Below, piece after piece: positions 30,011 through 39,653 of a DNA stretch of 64,000 bases. This stretch comes from a virus. Taxonomy: Duplodnaviria; Caudoviricetes. The notes under the pieces are model-generated. The model had not been told where the DNA came from, made no database searches, and saw only the letters and a list, made by a program, of their open reading frames with translations. Every line of letters starts with the position of its first letter. Positions within the stretch are counted from its first letter, which is position 1. The DNA is taken from the IMG/VR virus record IMGVR_UViG_2831870349_000001; one strand, written 5' to 3'. Position numbers and translations under genes: made by a program.

Positions 30011-30054
30011 CCAAGCTTCCCAAGGATGAGCCAAGCTTCCCAAGGATGAGCCAA
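30011..30054. repeat. 20-bp tandem duplication CCAAGCTTCCCAAGGATGAG x2
   Basis: Read directly. Confidence 0.85.
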
Positions 30055-30056
30055 TT

Positions 30057-30821
30057 TTGGTGATTGAATGGGATAACTGCCCTCCTGATGCGATCGCCAG
30101 TTATTATTTGCGCCTGCCGATCCGGAAGGGAGACGTTCGCGAGGATCGTGAGGATTTTGCGAACGGGTTCCTGCGGTTGCCGATCGGCGAAACGAAATGC
30201 AGTGGCCCTATCGAAGGCCACTACTTACGTGAACTGACCTCATACGCTGAGAAATATGAGGTGCTTACGCCGTTTCGTGAAGGCTGCCATATTGAGTGGG
30301 ATGCATTAACATTGAACCTACGGGCGTACGCGGTCTTCGAAGACCATGTGTCCAGGATCTTCCCGAATGCATCCCGGCGCGATACGCCCGCAGGCGAGAG
30401 CGAATACCTCGTGCGCATGACGGGAACGCAGGCGCGGGTCATGGATCACGCGCTCGACCTTTACGATTCCGTTCAGCGAGGAGAGATTGCCGAAGTCGAG
30501 GAGGCGATCTCCTATTCCATCCGGGACACGGTGCTGAGCACCGATCCGGACACTCCGGAAGCGATCGCGACGCGGCGAGCACAGTTCAATAATATGGCCG
30601 TCCTTCGAAGTCTGCTTCAGGGAATGCGTCTGCTGATCCCGCGACAAGATGACGGCGATCCGCGCACGATGGCCGCGCGCCGGGCAAGCGAGATGCGCCA
30701 GGCGATAAGGCAACAGTTCTGGTCCGAGCACCCCGAGCGATATGGCGACGCCTGGGACATTGTGATCGAAAGCGATCAGCCGCTCATTTCTATCGAACGA
30801 ATTCGAAAGGACACGATATGA
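30057..30821 (+). CDS. Hypothetical protein
   Basis: 254-aa ORF in operon. Confidence 0.55.
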   Translation: MVIEWDNCPPDAIASYYLRLPIRKGDVREDREDFANGFLRLPIGETKCSGPIEGHYLRELTSYAEKYEVLTPFREGCHIEWDALTLNLRAYAVFEDHVSRIFPNASRRDTPAGESEYLVRMTGTQARVMDHALDLYDSVQRGEIAEVEEAISYSIRDTVLSTDPDTPEAIATRRAQFNNMAVLRSLLQGMRLLIPRQDDGDPRTMAARRASEMRQAIRQQFWSEHPERYGDAWDIVIESDQPLISIERIRKDTI

Positions 30822-31153
30822 CATTTATTACCACACCCACTGGAACGGTGCTCCTCCAGGCGCTCTACTCCGGCAGCGACGAGACCGAGATCGTCGGCGC
30901 CTATGTCGAGGGACACATCGCCCCCGAGCAGTTCCAGGACATTCTGAGCGCCGCGCTCCACGACCGGAGCGCGAGCAGCGATTTCTGCCTGATGGAAGAG
31001 GCGGATTGCACCGTGGCCCTCGCGGCGACGTCCGCGCACGACTATTTCTGGGACGAGGATGATGAGGCGAATGACCTGGTCACCTTCCATATCGTTCCCT
31101 CAGACCATCCGGAGGCATATCCCGTCACGGTGGCCTGGTGGGGGATCGATTAG
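30818..31153 (+). CDS. Acidic hypothetical protein
   Basis: ATGA overlap. Confidence 0.55.
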   Translation: MTFITTPTGTVLLQALYSGSDETEIVGAYVEGHIAPEQFQDILSAALHDRSASSDFCLMEEADCTVALAATSAHDYFWDEDDEANDLVTFHIVPSDHPEAYPVTVAWWGID

Positions 31154-31163
31154 GAGGCCGGCG

Positions 31164-31442
31164 ATGGATCAGCTTGATCTCTTCGCAGATCCCGCGCCGG
31201 ATGTCGCCACGGTCAACGGTTGGTTGAAGGCGCCACGGTTATTACCCGGGGCACCGCCGATCCCGACACTGATCAAGGTTGCTGGAGACGATCACGACTA
31301 TGCGCCGGCGCGCTTCACGCTGGCCGGTGGCTGCGGCCTCGGGAGATGGCCTTCGCGGGATGCCTGCGTGCTGCGGCCGGACGGGCAGCGTATGACGCTC
31401 TATGACGCCGTGAACGCGCGGCTGGCGACTTTGATACGGTGA
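31164..31442 (+). CDS. Hypothetical protein
   Basis: AGGAGG RBS; MDQLDLF start resembles a clamp-binding motif. Confidence 0.55.
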   Translation: MDQLDLFADPAPDVATVNGWLKAPRLLPGAPPIPTLIKVAGDDHDYAPARFTLAGGCGLGRWPSRDACVLRPDGQRMTLYDAVNARLATLIR

Positions 31443-31455
31443 ACGAGAGGACGAT

Positions 31456-31815
31456 TTGACATTGAAGAAATCATCGGGTGGCGACGCGAAATTCAGTTGT
31501 GGCTGCCTTCTTCTGGTGATCGCGCTCGGCGTAGCTGGCGGCCTTGTCCGCAATGCGCACCGAGAAACGATTACCGCTAAAGTGGTCGACAAGGCCATCA
31601 AGCGCTCTGACCGTGACCATGACAAATACCTGATCTACACGGATCACGAGACGTTGGAAGACGAAGACTCGCTCCTGAATGGCAAGTTCAATTCCAGCGA
31701 TGTCTACGGACAGATTACCGCCGGACACACCTATCGATTTGAGGTCATCGGATGGCGAAATCCATTCTTCTCGATATATCGCAATATCATTTCGGTGCAG
31801 GAAGTTGCTAACTAA
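31456..31815 (+). CDS. Membrane-anchored phage protein (DUF1523-like)
   Basis: TM helix then KYLIYTD...DSLLNGKFNSSD...GWRNPFFSIYRNII. Confidence 0.7.
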   Translation: MTLKKSSGGDAKFSCGCLLLVIALGVAGGLVRNAHRETITAKVVDKAIKRSDRDHDKYLIYTDHETLEDEDSLLNGKFNSSDVYGQITAGHTYRFEVIGWRNPFFSIYRNIISVQEVAN

Positions 31816-31880
31816 TCAAGTGTCATCGCCGTGAATCGGCCGGCGGCGATGCAGACCGAAAGGCCGCGAAGGAGAAACAA

Positions 31881-32546
31881 ATGGCAAATAGCATCGAAGT
31901 GTCGGCAGTTGCACAAGTCTGCCATGAAGCCAATCGCGGTTTGTGTGAGGCTATCGGCGACACTAGCCAGGTCAGTTGGAACGATGCCGAGGAATGGCAG
32001 CGGCAATCGGCGGTTGCAGGCGTTCGAGCTTATCTCGATAATCCAGGCATTACATCAGCTCAAATGCACGAAAATTGGTGCGAATACAAGATCGCCGACG
32101 GTTGGGTTTATGGAGAAGTCAAGGACGCGGAGAAGAAGACACACCCCTGCCTCGTGCCATATGCCGATCTTCCCGAAGTCCAGCAATATAAAGATAAAGT
32201 CTTTTGCGCAATCGTCGGCGCGCTTCTACCGATAAACCAAAACGCTACCATATTGCCTCCTGAAAAGCCAATAACGACCGATCCCATTCCCGGCCTCACC
32301 GAAGGCCGGGTCGTTCACTACATTCTGCCGGATGGTCCAAGCGCTGGGCAAATTCGCCCCGCAATGGTCGTCCGCGTTTGGAACCGCAATTCCATAGACA
32401 AGACGTCTCGCGGCTGTGTGCAGCTTCAAGTCTTCACCGACGGGCCAAATGACGCGCTTATGAACGTCGAGTGGCGCACCAGCGTTCTCTTCGACGACAG
32501 TCCGACGCCAGCGCCAGGCACCTGGAACTGGCCGGCTCGCGCATAA
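31881..32546 (+). CDS. RyR-domain phage protein with an extra C-terminal domain
   Basis: HENW...GWVYGEVKDAEKKTHPCLVPYADLP; then GRVVHY...PAMVVRVW. Confidence 0.8.
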   Translation: MANSIEVSAVAQVCHEANRGLCEAIGDTSQVSWNDAEEWQRQSAVAGVRAYLDNPGITSAQMHENWCEYKIADGWVYGEVKDAEKKTHPCLVPYADLPEVQQYKDKVFCAIVGALLPINQNATILPPEKPITTDPIPGLTEGRVVHYILPDGPSAGQIRPAMVVRVWNRNSIDKTSRGCVQLQVFTDGPNDALMNVEWRTSVLFDDSPTPAPGTWNWPARA

Positions 32547-32604
32547 GCGGGCGAACGCCGGAGCGGCCGCCGCTGCTCCGGCAAGACGTCCTGGATCGCA
32601 ACAT

Positions 32605-33252
32605 ATGAATCAGAAAGAGGACGGGAGAGTCATGGACTTTGGACAGCAGGCGGATATCGATCTGGCGGAGGCGAACGCAGCCATTGAGCAACGGGATCAA
32701 GCATTGGAGCAGGCGCAGCAGAAAATCCGAGACCTGGAAGCCCAGATCGAGGATAATCGGCGCACGCACACAAAGGACTTCAACGCCATCTGGGAGATCG
32801 TCTACCCTGGCCATCCTGGTCTGTGGGACTATCCGGGCATGGTCGTCCGGCATATTAAGGCGTTTCTGGAAGAGAAGCAGATCCTGATCGACGATCTGGT
32901 GCGCATGCTGCGTGATGAGCGTGCCCTGCGGACGCCGCCGGAGATCCCAATTGATAAGCTCGACGAAACCGCGCACGTACTGCTTGCAATTCACGGCTTC
33001 ACACCAGAGAATATCCAGCGCATGCATCCGCGCGACTACGAGGGCTATCTCACCGATGCGGACCGCCTGCTCTGCGACTATGTCCTGCTGACCCGCGCCG
33101 AGCACAACGAGCTGCTTCGCCACGCGCGCACTCCGGACGGCGTCAGGAAACGCATGGCGGATATGGCGGACGCCCTGCTCGCATTGAACGTCGGCGAGGC
33201 GCTGGAAGCGGCGCTGGACCAGCCGACGACTACGGAAGGAACGGTGGGTTGA
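32605..33252 (+). CDS. Hypothetical coiled-coil protein
   Basis: Operon gene. Confidence 0.6.
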   Translation: MNQKEDGRVMDFGQQADIDLAEANAAIEQRDQALEQAQQKIRDLEAQIEDNRRTHTKDFNAIWEIVYPGHPGLWDYPGMVVRHIKAFLEEKQILIDDLVRMLRDERALRTPPEIPIDKLDETAHVLLAIHGFTPENIQRMHPRDYEGYLTDADRLLCDYVLLTRAEHNELLRHARTPDGVRKRMADMADALLALNVGEALEAALDQPTTTEGTVG

Positions 33253-33572
33253 TGGCGCTCAGAACTCAATCGGAGATCGACCTGGCCGAGGCCCGGAAGA
33301 AGATCGAAAGCCTTAACGCCGAAATCACCTCTCTTCAGATGCAAATCCTCGACGCTGCGGACGAGGACGAGGATGACCCGGATGCGGTGCGAGGCGGCGT
33401 CGACCACGTTCGCCTGTCCGAGAATTTCACGCTGATGTGCGATCACTGCGGCGACTCGTACCGGGTCAACAGTCCGGTCGAGATCAGTATCATGGTCGCC
33501 ACCATGCGCGCCTACGGGAAACTGCATCGTTCTTGTCCGGCCAACCGGAAGGAGCCGCGCCGTGATCATTAA
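33249..33572 (+). CDS. Hypothetical Zn-binding protein
   Basis: CDHC...HRSC. Confidence 0.55.
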   Translation: MMALRTQSEIDLAEARKKIESLNAEITSLQMQILDAADEDEDDPDAVRGGVDHVRLSENFTLMCDHCGDSYRVNSPVEISIMVATMRAYGKLHRSCPANRKEPRRDH

Positions 33573-34080
33573 CCCGCCAGTCAAACCCCGCTTCATCCCT
33601 GCGACTTCGCTCTGGAACCCGTGGGCAATGCTGATGGCGCTCGAAGAAAAGCGCAACGAGACGCGCCACTGGTCAACCACGTACCGAGGGCCGATTGTCA
33701 TCCACGCCGCCCAGCGGTTCCAACCGGGCGAGCGCCTGAAGTGCGCCGAACAACCGTTCAAGGAAGTCTTCCTCGCGACGATTCTGAAGGACGTGGATTG
33801 GGACGCGCTCGGCGGACGGACAGCGGCCGCCTACGACAAGGTCATTCGGGATCTGATGCCCTGCTCCGCGCTTCTCTGCATCGTGAATATTGTGGACTGC
33901 CGCGAGACGACCTCGAAGGCGGCGGCGCGCCACCGATACGGCGACTACGAGGAGGCGTTCGGCGACTATAACCCTGGTCGATACGCCTTCGTGACCGAAA
34001 TGGTGCGCGTGTTCGAGGAGCCGATCCCCTACAGCGGCAAGCAGGGCTGGTTCCATGTCCCAGAGGAACTCGTGCTTTGA
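33562..34080 (+). CDS. ASCH-domain protein
   Basis: SLWNPWA, KRNETRHWST.YRGPIVIHA, PIPYSGKQGWF. Confidence 0.88.
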   Translation: MIINPPVKPRFIPATSLWNPWAMLMALEEKRNETRHWSTTYRGPIVIHAAQRFQPGERLKCAEQPFKEVFLATILKDVDWDALGGRTAAAYDKVIRDLMPCSALLCIVNIVDCRETTSKAAARHRYGDYEEAFGDYNPGRYAFVTEMVRVFEEPIPYSGKQGWFHVPEELVL

Positions 34081-34208
34081 AGTTTTTCTTAACGGCGCTC
34101 TTTGCTGGTAAGCGCCTGACGGCGCGGATCCAGCATCGGCGCGGTGGCCGGCGTTCCCGGTCCATACGGTGAGCCCCGATAAACCTCTTTATTTTACGGA
34201 GACTGAAG

Positions 34209-35012
34209 ATGACGACCGCCGACGTTATGGCGCTTCTGCGCGCCCGTTACCCGAAAAACGAATACGCCTTCATGGAGCAAGTACGCAGTTCCACCGGCAA
34301 CAGCTTCGCCCGCAGCGCCGATGCGCTGGTAATGTCGTTCTGGCAAAGCCGTGGAATTCATCTTTCTGGGATCGAAGTTAAGACATTCCGTAATGACTGG
34401 CTCCGCGAACTGAAGAAACCTGAGAAAGCCGACGAGATCGCCCGTTACTGCGATTATTGGTGGGTCGTCGCTGGCGACGACCAAATCGTAAAGGATGCGG
34501 AACTGCCGGCGACATGGGGGCTGATGGTCGTTCAGAACGGCAAGCTTGTGATCAAAGTCAAGGCGCCTAAAATGGATCCACTGCCGATGTCCCGGCCCAT
34601 GCTAGCCGGCATTCTACGACAGGCGCAAAACTTCTCGCCGGCGACACAAGATTTGTACGCTGTGGAAAGCGCGGCGCGCGAGCAGGGAAGGCTGCTGGGA
34701 TTCGAGCGTGCGGAAAAAGACTGGAAAGAGAAGTGCTCAGGTATCGAGGAAGGCCACAAGCAGCTTCAGAGCAGCCTTGACGCGTTCGAACAAGTCTCGG
34801 GTATCCGGATCGACCATTACAACGGGCATCGGATCGGCGAAATCGTACGGACACTAAGCCTTATCGACGGCAAGGTCATGCGTCGAAACCTTACCCGCGC
34901 CCACGAGGATATACGCGCGGCGGCGCGTGCGATGAATGATGCTCTTACAGCGCTCGAAAACATGGCGGCGATGCAGCCGCTCGTAGCGGACCAACCAACG
35001 AAGATTTCCTAA
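34209..35012 (+). CDS. PD-(D/E)XK nuclease-like (MmcB-like) protein
   Basis: ADAL...GIEVKTFRNDWLREL...CDYWW...ELPATWGL. Confidence 0.7.
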   Translation: MTTADVMALLRARYPKNEYAFMEQVRSSTGNSFARSADALVMSFWQSRGIHLSGIEVKTFRNDWLRELKKPEKADEIARYCDYWWVVAGDDQIVKDAELPATWGLMVVQNGKLVIKVKAPKMDPLPMSRPMLAGILRQAQNFSPATQDLYAVESAAREQGRLLGFERAEKDWKEKCSGIEEGHKQLQSSLDAFEQVSGIRIDHYNGHRIGEIVRTLSLIDGKVMRRNLTRAHEDIRAAARAMNDALTALENMAAMQPLVADQPTKIS

Positions 35013-35039
35013 TATCAGTCCAGCAGACAGGCATAACTA

Positions 35040-36200
35040 ATGGCGCGCAAGATTTTTATCACGAACGATATGAGCGAGGACGACTCGCTAACCGAAATCA
35101 TTGAGACCGAGGAGTGCCCGATGGCGGCGCTCTTCTGGCCATGGTTTCTGACGTTCTTCGACGACTGGGGACGCGCGCCGGCATCGGCCGCGCGCGTCAA
35201 GGCTCGGATCGTGCCGATGAATCCGCTGGTAGGTATCCCCGAGATTGCATCTTTCATTGAGATCTACGCGCGCCAGGGGCTCATAGGCCTCTACGAAGTC
35301 GACAATAAAAAGTACATGGCCATCCATCCGGACAAATGGTTCTCCTTCCAGACTCATATCCGGACCGCCAAGCGTATGTGCGATCAGTCCAAGTTTCCGG
35401 CGAACCCCGCATGGCCCGCGCTTCCGAGCGCAAAGGGTGTAAGTGGAGCGCAGAATTCCGAGGATGATGACGACAGCGCGCAAGTGCGCGCATTTGCGCG
35501 CGATGACGCGCACTTGCCGTCAAATGATAACCCACGCGGGCGTTGTTCTCCTTCTCCTTCACTTTCGAATCAGGAATCTCTCACTCTCTCTATGGGGGAT
35601 GAGGCAGGCGCTTCTCATGGGGAGAACGGATCTCAGTCCGAAGCGCCGCAGGAAGAGACTTCCAGGATTGGGCTTGGCGATCGACCGGGATCCGCCGATG
35701 AGGCGTGGCCGGGGATGCCAGGAGAGACTGCTGCGCCGCCGCCGAGGTCGCCCGTCCGCGCCGCTTCAGGAGTACCGCGGCACGAGCCGCAGGCGTTCGA
35801 GAGTTTTCGGTTGAAGTATCCCCGGCAGCAGGCGCCTCACCAGATCGCCGCCGCCTGGGATCAGGTGCAGCCATCGCACGAGCAGATCGCGCAGATCGAG
35901 ATGCACCTGGCGCCGTTCTCGGCGAGGCCGCCGACGCAAAGCGAGATGCGCTGTATCAAAGCGCCGGCGAAGTGGCTGACGGATTTCGATTTCGTCAGCA
36001 ACGTTCCGTTCAACGCGCTCGACATTGAGCGCAGCAAGACCGACTCACAGAACAAGGCGGAGAAAGGCAAGACCAGTGGGAAACCAGGTGATTTCAAATC
36101 CAGCAGTAACGGCAGACACGACCCAGGCCGAGGTTGCGGAGCAAGTCCAGCGCCGCGCCGCGACCATTTCGCCCATCTCCGGCCAGAAGCGTCACCGTGA
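35040..36200 (+). CDS. Phage replication initiator
   Basis: DDWGR N-terminal domain, low-complexity linker, FESFRLKYPR...PAKWL C-terminus; upstream of a DnaC-like loader. Confidence 0.75.
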   Translation: MARKIFITNDMSEDDSLTEIIETEECPMAALFWPWFLTFFDDWGRAPASAARVKARIVPMNPLVGIPEIASFIEIYARQGLIGLYEVDNKKYMAIHPDKWFSFQTHIRTAKRMCDQSKFPANPAWPALPSAKGVSGAQNSEDDDDSAQVRAFARDDAHLPSNDNPRGRCSPSPSLSNQESLTLSMGDEAGASHGENGSQSEAPQEETSRIGLGDRPGSADEAWPGMPGETAAPPPRSPVRAASGVPRHEPQAFESFRLKYPRQQAPHQIAAAWDQVQPSHEQIAQIEMHLAPFSARPPTQSEMRCIKAPAKWLTDFDFVSNVPFNALDIERSKTDSQNKAEKGKTSGKPGDFKSSSNGRHDPGRGCGASPAPRRDHFAHLRPEASP

Positions 36201-37098
36201 CGGCCTGTGCGTCGGGACTTACACTCGGCCCCAAAGAACGCTCAAGGACTATGAAGACGAGATCTATGCGATGGCGGACAAGGGCATGATCAAGCCATTT
36301 GCTGCGGACAAGCTTGTCTACCACACCCGGATTGTCCATCAAAGTAACCTCGGAATCAGGCGCAAAGGCGATGATGATATTCAAAGACGTCGTGAGCAGC
36401 GGGTCGCGGGGCTCGTGCATACGGCGATGGAGGACGCACGGATTCCGCCTCACTTCCGCAAGGCCAATTTCGAGGCGACGGAGTTTTTGGGGCCGCTGCG
36501 GATCGACGACGGGAACCGCCTCGCGCATGGTCTCTGCAAGCGCCTCGCCGAGGAGTGGACACCCGGGCACAAGGGCCTGACGCTGACGGGACGGAGCGGT
36601 GTGGGGAAGACTTATCTCGCGTTCGCAACACTTTGCTCGATCATCCGCCGGCATGGCCGCGACGTGAACGCCCGGTATATCACCGAGCAGGAGCTGCTGC
36701 GCTACTACCGCGATTCGTTCAGCCGGACCGAGGGCCAGACGGATGTGCCGAGCACGACCCAGCTTCGTAAATGGTTCGTGGAGCGGCCACAGTTTTTGGT
36801 CCTCGACGATCTGGGCGCGGAGCCAGTGAGCACCAGAGGCGAATGGGCGCGCGGACAGATCATGGAGCTGCTGGAGCATCGGTGGCGCATGCAGAAAACG
36901 ACGTTCGTGACCACCAATCTCTCGGTGGACGAGCTGACGGATCGATATGACGAGCGGATCGTCAGCCGGCTTTACGGTCGCTGTCCGCTCATCTCTATCG
37001 CCGGCAGCGACCACCGCCAGCAGGTGCTTCCCGACAGCGAGGATCCGTTTTGGGATCCGAACTTCACCGATGACGGCCGCCCGAAGGCGACGCGTTGA
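36025..37098 (+). CDS. DnaC/IstB-like AAA+ helicase loader (start uncertain)
   Basis: GRSGVGKT, LVLDDLGAE, TTN, RIVSRL. Confidence 0.9.
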   Translation: MSAARPTHRTRRRKARPVGNQVISNPAVTADTTQAEVAEQVQRRAATISPISGQKRHRDGLCVGTYTRPQRTLKDYEDEIYAMADKGMIKPFAADKLVYHTRIVHQSNLGIRRKGDDDIQRRREQRVAGLVHTAMEDARIPPHFRKANFEATEFLGPLRIDDGNRLAHGLCKRLAEEWTPGHKGLTLTGRSGVGKTYLAFATLCSIIRRHGRDVNARYITEQELLRYYRDSFSRTEGQTDVPSTTQLRKWFVERPQFLVLDDLGAEPVSTRGEWARGQIMELLEHRWRMQKTTFVTTNLSVDELTDRYDERIVSRLYGRCPLISIAGSDHRQQVLPDSEDPFWDPNFTDDGRPKATR

Positions 37099-37111
37099 AA
37101 AGGATACCAAA

Positions 37112-37555
37112 TTGACCAAAGAAGAGTTTTTGGCGCGGTGCGCGATGATCTACGACCTGGGCCTTGCGGCGCCGGAGACGCTGACGTCGCTGGAGCGCGG
37201 CGCGGACGTGCTGAACCGACTGGCCGACAGCGCGGCGCGCGGGGCCATCCGGATCGAATCCGACGCGCCAGGACAAGCGCATGCTAAGCAGCGCTGGATC
37301 GCGGCGCAACTGGTCATCGAGGAGGGAAACCGCATTCAGGCGGCGAGGCAGGATCGATTCACTTTGATGACGCTCGCGAGTGATCCGGTTGGATATGGGG
37401 CGGTTCGGATCGCCGCCATTTTGAACCACTCTTGCCAGCAGTGCGCCACGGATCCATTACTTATGCATACGAGGTCGGGACTCTGCGCGCACCGCGATCA
37501 GCTAAACGAGAAAGTCATGATGATAGAGAATGAGGTGATGATTGAACCTTCTTGA
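37112..37555 (+). CDS. Hypothetical protein
   Basis: AGGA then TTG start; CQQC...HTR...C. Confidence 0.5.
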   Translation: MTKEEFLARCAMIYDLGLAAPETLTSLERGADVLNRLADSAARGAIRIESDAPGQAHAKQRWIAAQLVIEEGNRIQAARQDRFTLMTLASDPVGYGAVRIAAILNHSCQQCATDPLLMHTRSGLCAHRDQLNEKVMMIENEVMIEPS

Positions 37556-38090
37556 AGCCAGGGCGCACGCCGGCGTTCAGCGCCTGATTTTTAACGTGCG
37601 CCTGATCCTGGTGCCGATGTACGTTTTGCTCTCGCTCTCCGTGGTGGCGTTTCTACTGATGTTCGTTAAGACGCTCTGGGGACTGATGCGCCACTTCCAT
37701 AATCTGGATGCGGAGCTGACGATGCTAAACGTGCTCTCACAGCTCGACCAGGTCATGGTGGCGAACCTGATCGTTATGATCATCCAGGGGTCGTATTCCA
37801 CCTTCGTCGAAGAACTGAAGATCCCCAGCGGCGAGAAGAAGCCGAGCTGGCTCAGCCACATGAGCGCGGGACTGCTCAAGGTGAAAATGAGTATGTCCCT
37901 GATGGGTGTCAGCGCGGTCGGACTGCTGCCCGTCTTCCTGGAGCCGAGCAAATATAGTAGCCACGAAGTCGTCGTCAAAGTCGCGGTGCACATCGTGCTC
38001 ATGGTTTCCACGCTCGTTCTCTGGGCGGTTACGCGCGAGGAAGTTATTCACAAGCCCGAAGGTTTACTCGAAGGTCATACACATGAATAA
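37542..38090 (+). CDS. YqhA/UPF0114 (TIGR00645-like) membrane protein
   Basis: RLILVPMY, VLSQLDQVMVANLIVMI, SYSTFV, LKVKMSMSLMGVS. Confidence 0.85.
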   Translation: MNLLEARAHAGVQRLIFNVRLILVPMYVLLSLSVVAFLLMFVKTLWGLMRHFHNLDAELTMLNVLSQLDQVMVANLIVMIIQGSYSTFVEELKIPSGEKKPSWLSHMSAGLLKVKMSMSLMGVSAVGLLPVFLEPSKYSSHEVVVKVAVHIVLMVSTLVLWAVTREEVIHKPEGLLEGHTHE

Positions 38091-38736
38091 AAATTCGAAT
38101 AATGGTGCGTTTACAGGTTTTTCCTACGGGTTGATTGGTTTCTTCCTGCTGGTCGTTGTGCTGATTGTCGTCGTCGTCTGTGTCTCTCGCGGCACGGAGC
38201 AGGGAGCCTATCCCCCGCCGCAGCCGCTCTATTACCACACGTATGGCAGCCTCTTCTACGACGATCAGCGATACCTCTACACGCGCACGCCGAACAATCA
38301 GTACTATCGCTATGAAGTCAATAACCGGCCATACACGATGCCGGGGCGGCCGCCAAGCGCCATGGCTCCGATCAGCCTTCCGAGGTCAGGGGCGTGGGGA
38401 GCGGTGTCCGCCGCGCCGTCGGCGCCGATACCGATGGATCAGAAAGTATCGATCAACGTTCCGAAGGATCCGACTAAGGAGCCGCTGACGGACGAGGAAC
38501 TCGCGGAGAAGGGTGAGAAGGCCGATCTGGATCCGCAGGACAAGGAGACGTCGGAGGGGGAGACGCCGCCTGGCGAGGGAGATAAAACTCCGACGGAAGC
38601 GCCCGAAGCAACGCCACCGCCGGACGTAGCGCCAAATGAAACCTCAAGTGAATCGGACGCCCCGTCCTCCAGCGATTCCTCATCGCCGTCGAGTGAGAGC
38701 GGGGCCACTAGCGATAGCGGAAGCTCATCGGAGTAG
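38083..38736 (+). CDS. Membrane-anchored protein with Tyr-rich and Ser/Glu-rich tails
   Basis: N-terminal TM; low-complexity C-terminus. Confidence 0.65.
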   Translation: MNKNSNNGAFTGFSYGLIGFFLLVVVLIVVVVCVSRGTEQGAYPPPQPLYYHTYGSLFYDDQRYLYTRTPNNQYYRYEVNNRPYTMPGRPPSAMAPISLPRSGAWGAVSAAPSAPIPMDQKVSINVPKDPTKEPLTDEELAEKGEKADLDPQDKETSEGETPPGEGDKTPTEAPEATPPPDVAPNETSSESDAPSSSDSSSPSSESGATSDSGSSSE

Positions 38737-38750
38737 GGAAGGAGATCCTG

Positions 38751-38948
38751 ATGGTCGAGAAAGCAAAACGTCGCTTTTGTGAATGCGCCGAGATCAAATG
38801 CATCTGCGATGACGACGAAATCGAGACGACAATCGACGGCCAAGGCAAGATCGGTATGTGCTGCGGATGCGGCGCCAGCTACTCGCCGAGCCGAACGAAA
38901 ATCGTAAACGGCGTTGAGTACGGGCCTTGTTGCCTGGGGGATTGGTAA
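38751..38948 (+). CDS. Small Cys-rich protein
   Basis: AAGGAG RBS; many cysteines. Confidence 0.55.
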   Translation: MVEKAKRRFCECAEIKCICDDDEIETTIDGQGKIGMCCGCGASYSPSRTKIVNGVEYGPCCLGDW

Positions 38949-39653
38949 ATGAGCGATCTGACGACGGAGCAGGCGGCGGACTTTCAACCGCGTGAGAAAT
39001 TATACCATCGCGAATTCGGTCTATGCTCTCTTGAGTTAATTGATAATGATCCCGATGATGCCCCGTACTCGCATAAAGTTAATTGGTATGACGAGAGGCC
39101 GGGTTACGTTGATCCGAAAGACCTTTCGCGCGTGCCGTGGCCTGATCCACTCCAAGCCCTGCGCGCCGTCGCGGCGGCGGAACGAGTGCGGGCGGAAGCT
39201 GCGGTGGCACAAAATCAATTGTTAAGAACGGCGATGGCCGTCGCAATTGGCCCTCTCAACGTAATCCAGGCAAATGCTTCCATGATTGTTCGGCGCTTTG
39301 ATGAGGCGGATGTGGACCCGGTGGAGTGCTGCAAAAAGATACAGCAGTGGCGATTGAAGGCGCACGACGGATTGATGACAGCTCTGCGGCAAACGGTTGA
39401 TGCTGATGAGGCGCCTCAGACGGAGCAGGATGCGACAGCAAACCAGGATATGGTAATTGGGCGCGGGCTGGCGCAGGTGTTCAGCGTAAAACCGAAAGCG
39501 CCGCAAACCTTCATGGGTGTGCCTATCGTAATCGATGAAACATTGCCAACTGGAACAATCTCGGTTACAGATCCTGTAAGTGGGCGCCGAGAGGTTTGGC
39601 GAATAATATCTTCGACGCACCCGTTCCCGACTTGCGAGGAGCGTGACGAATGA
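38949..39653 (+). CDS. Hypothetical protein
   Basis: Coupled operon gene. Confidence 0.55.
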   Translation: MSDLTTEQAADFQPREKLYHREFGLCSLELIDNDPDDAPYSHKVNWYDERPGYVDPKDLSRVPWPDPLQALRAVAAAERVRAEAAVAQNQLLRTAMAVAIGPLNVIQANASMIVRRFDEADVDPVECCKKIQQWRLKAHDGLMTALRQTVDADEAPQTEQDATANQDMVIGRGLAQVFSVKPKAPQTFMGVPIVIDETLPTGTISVTDPVSGRREVWRIISSTHPFPTCEERDE

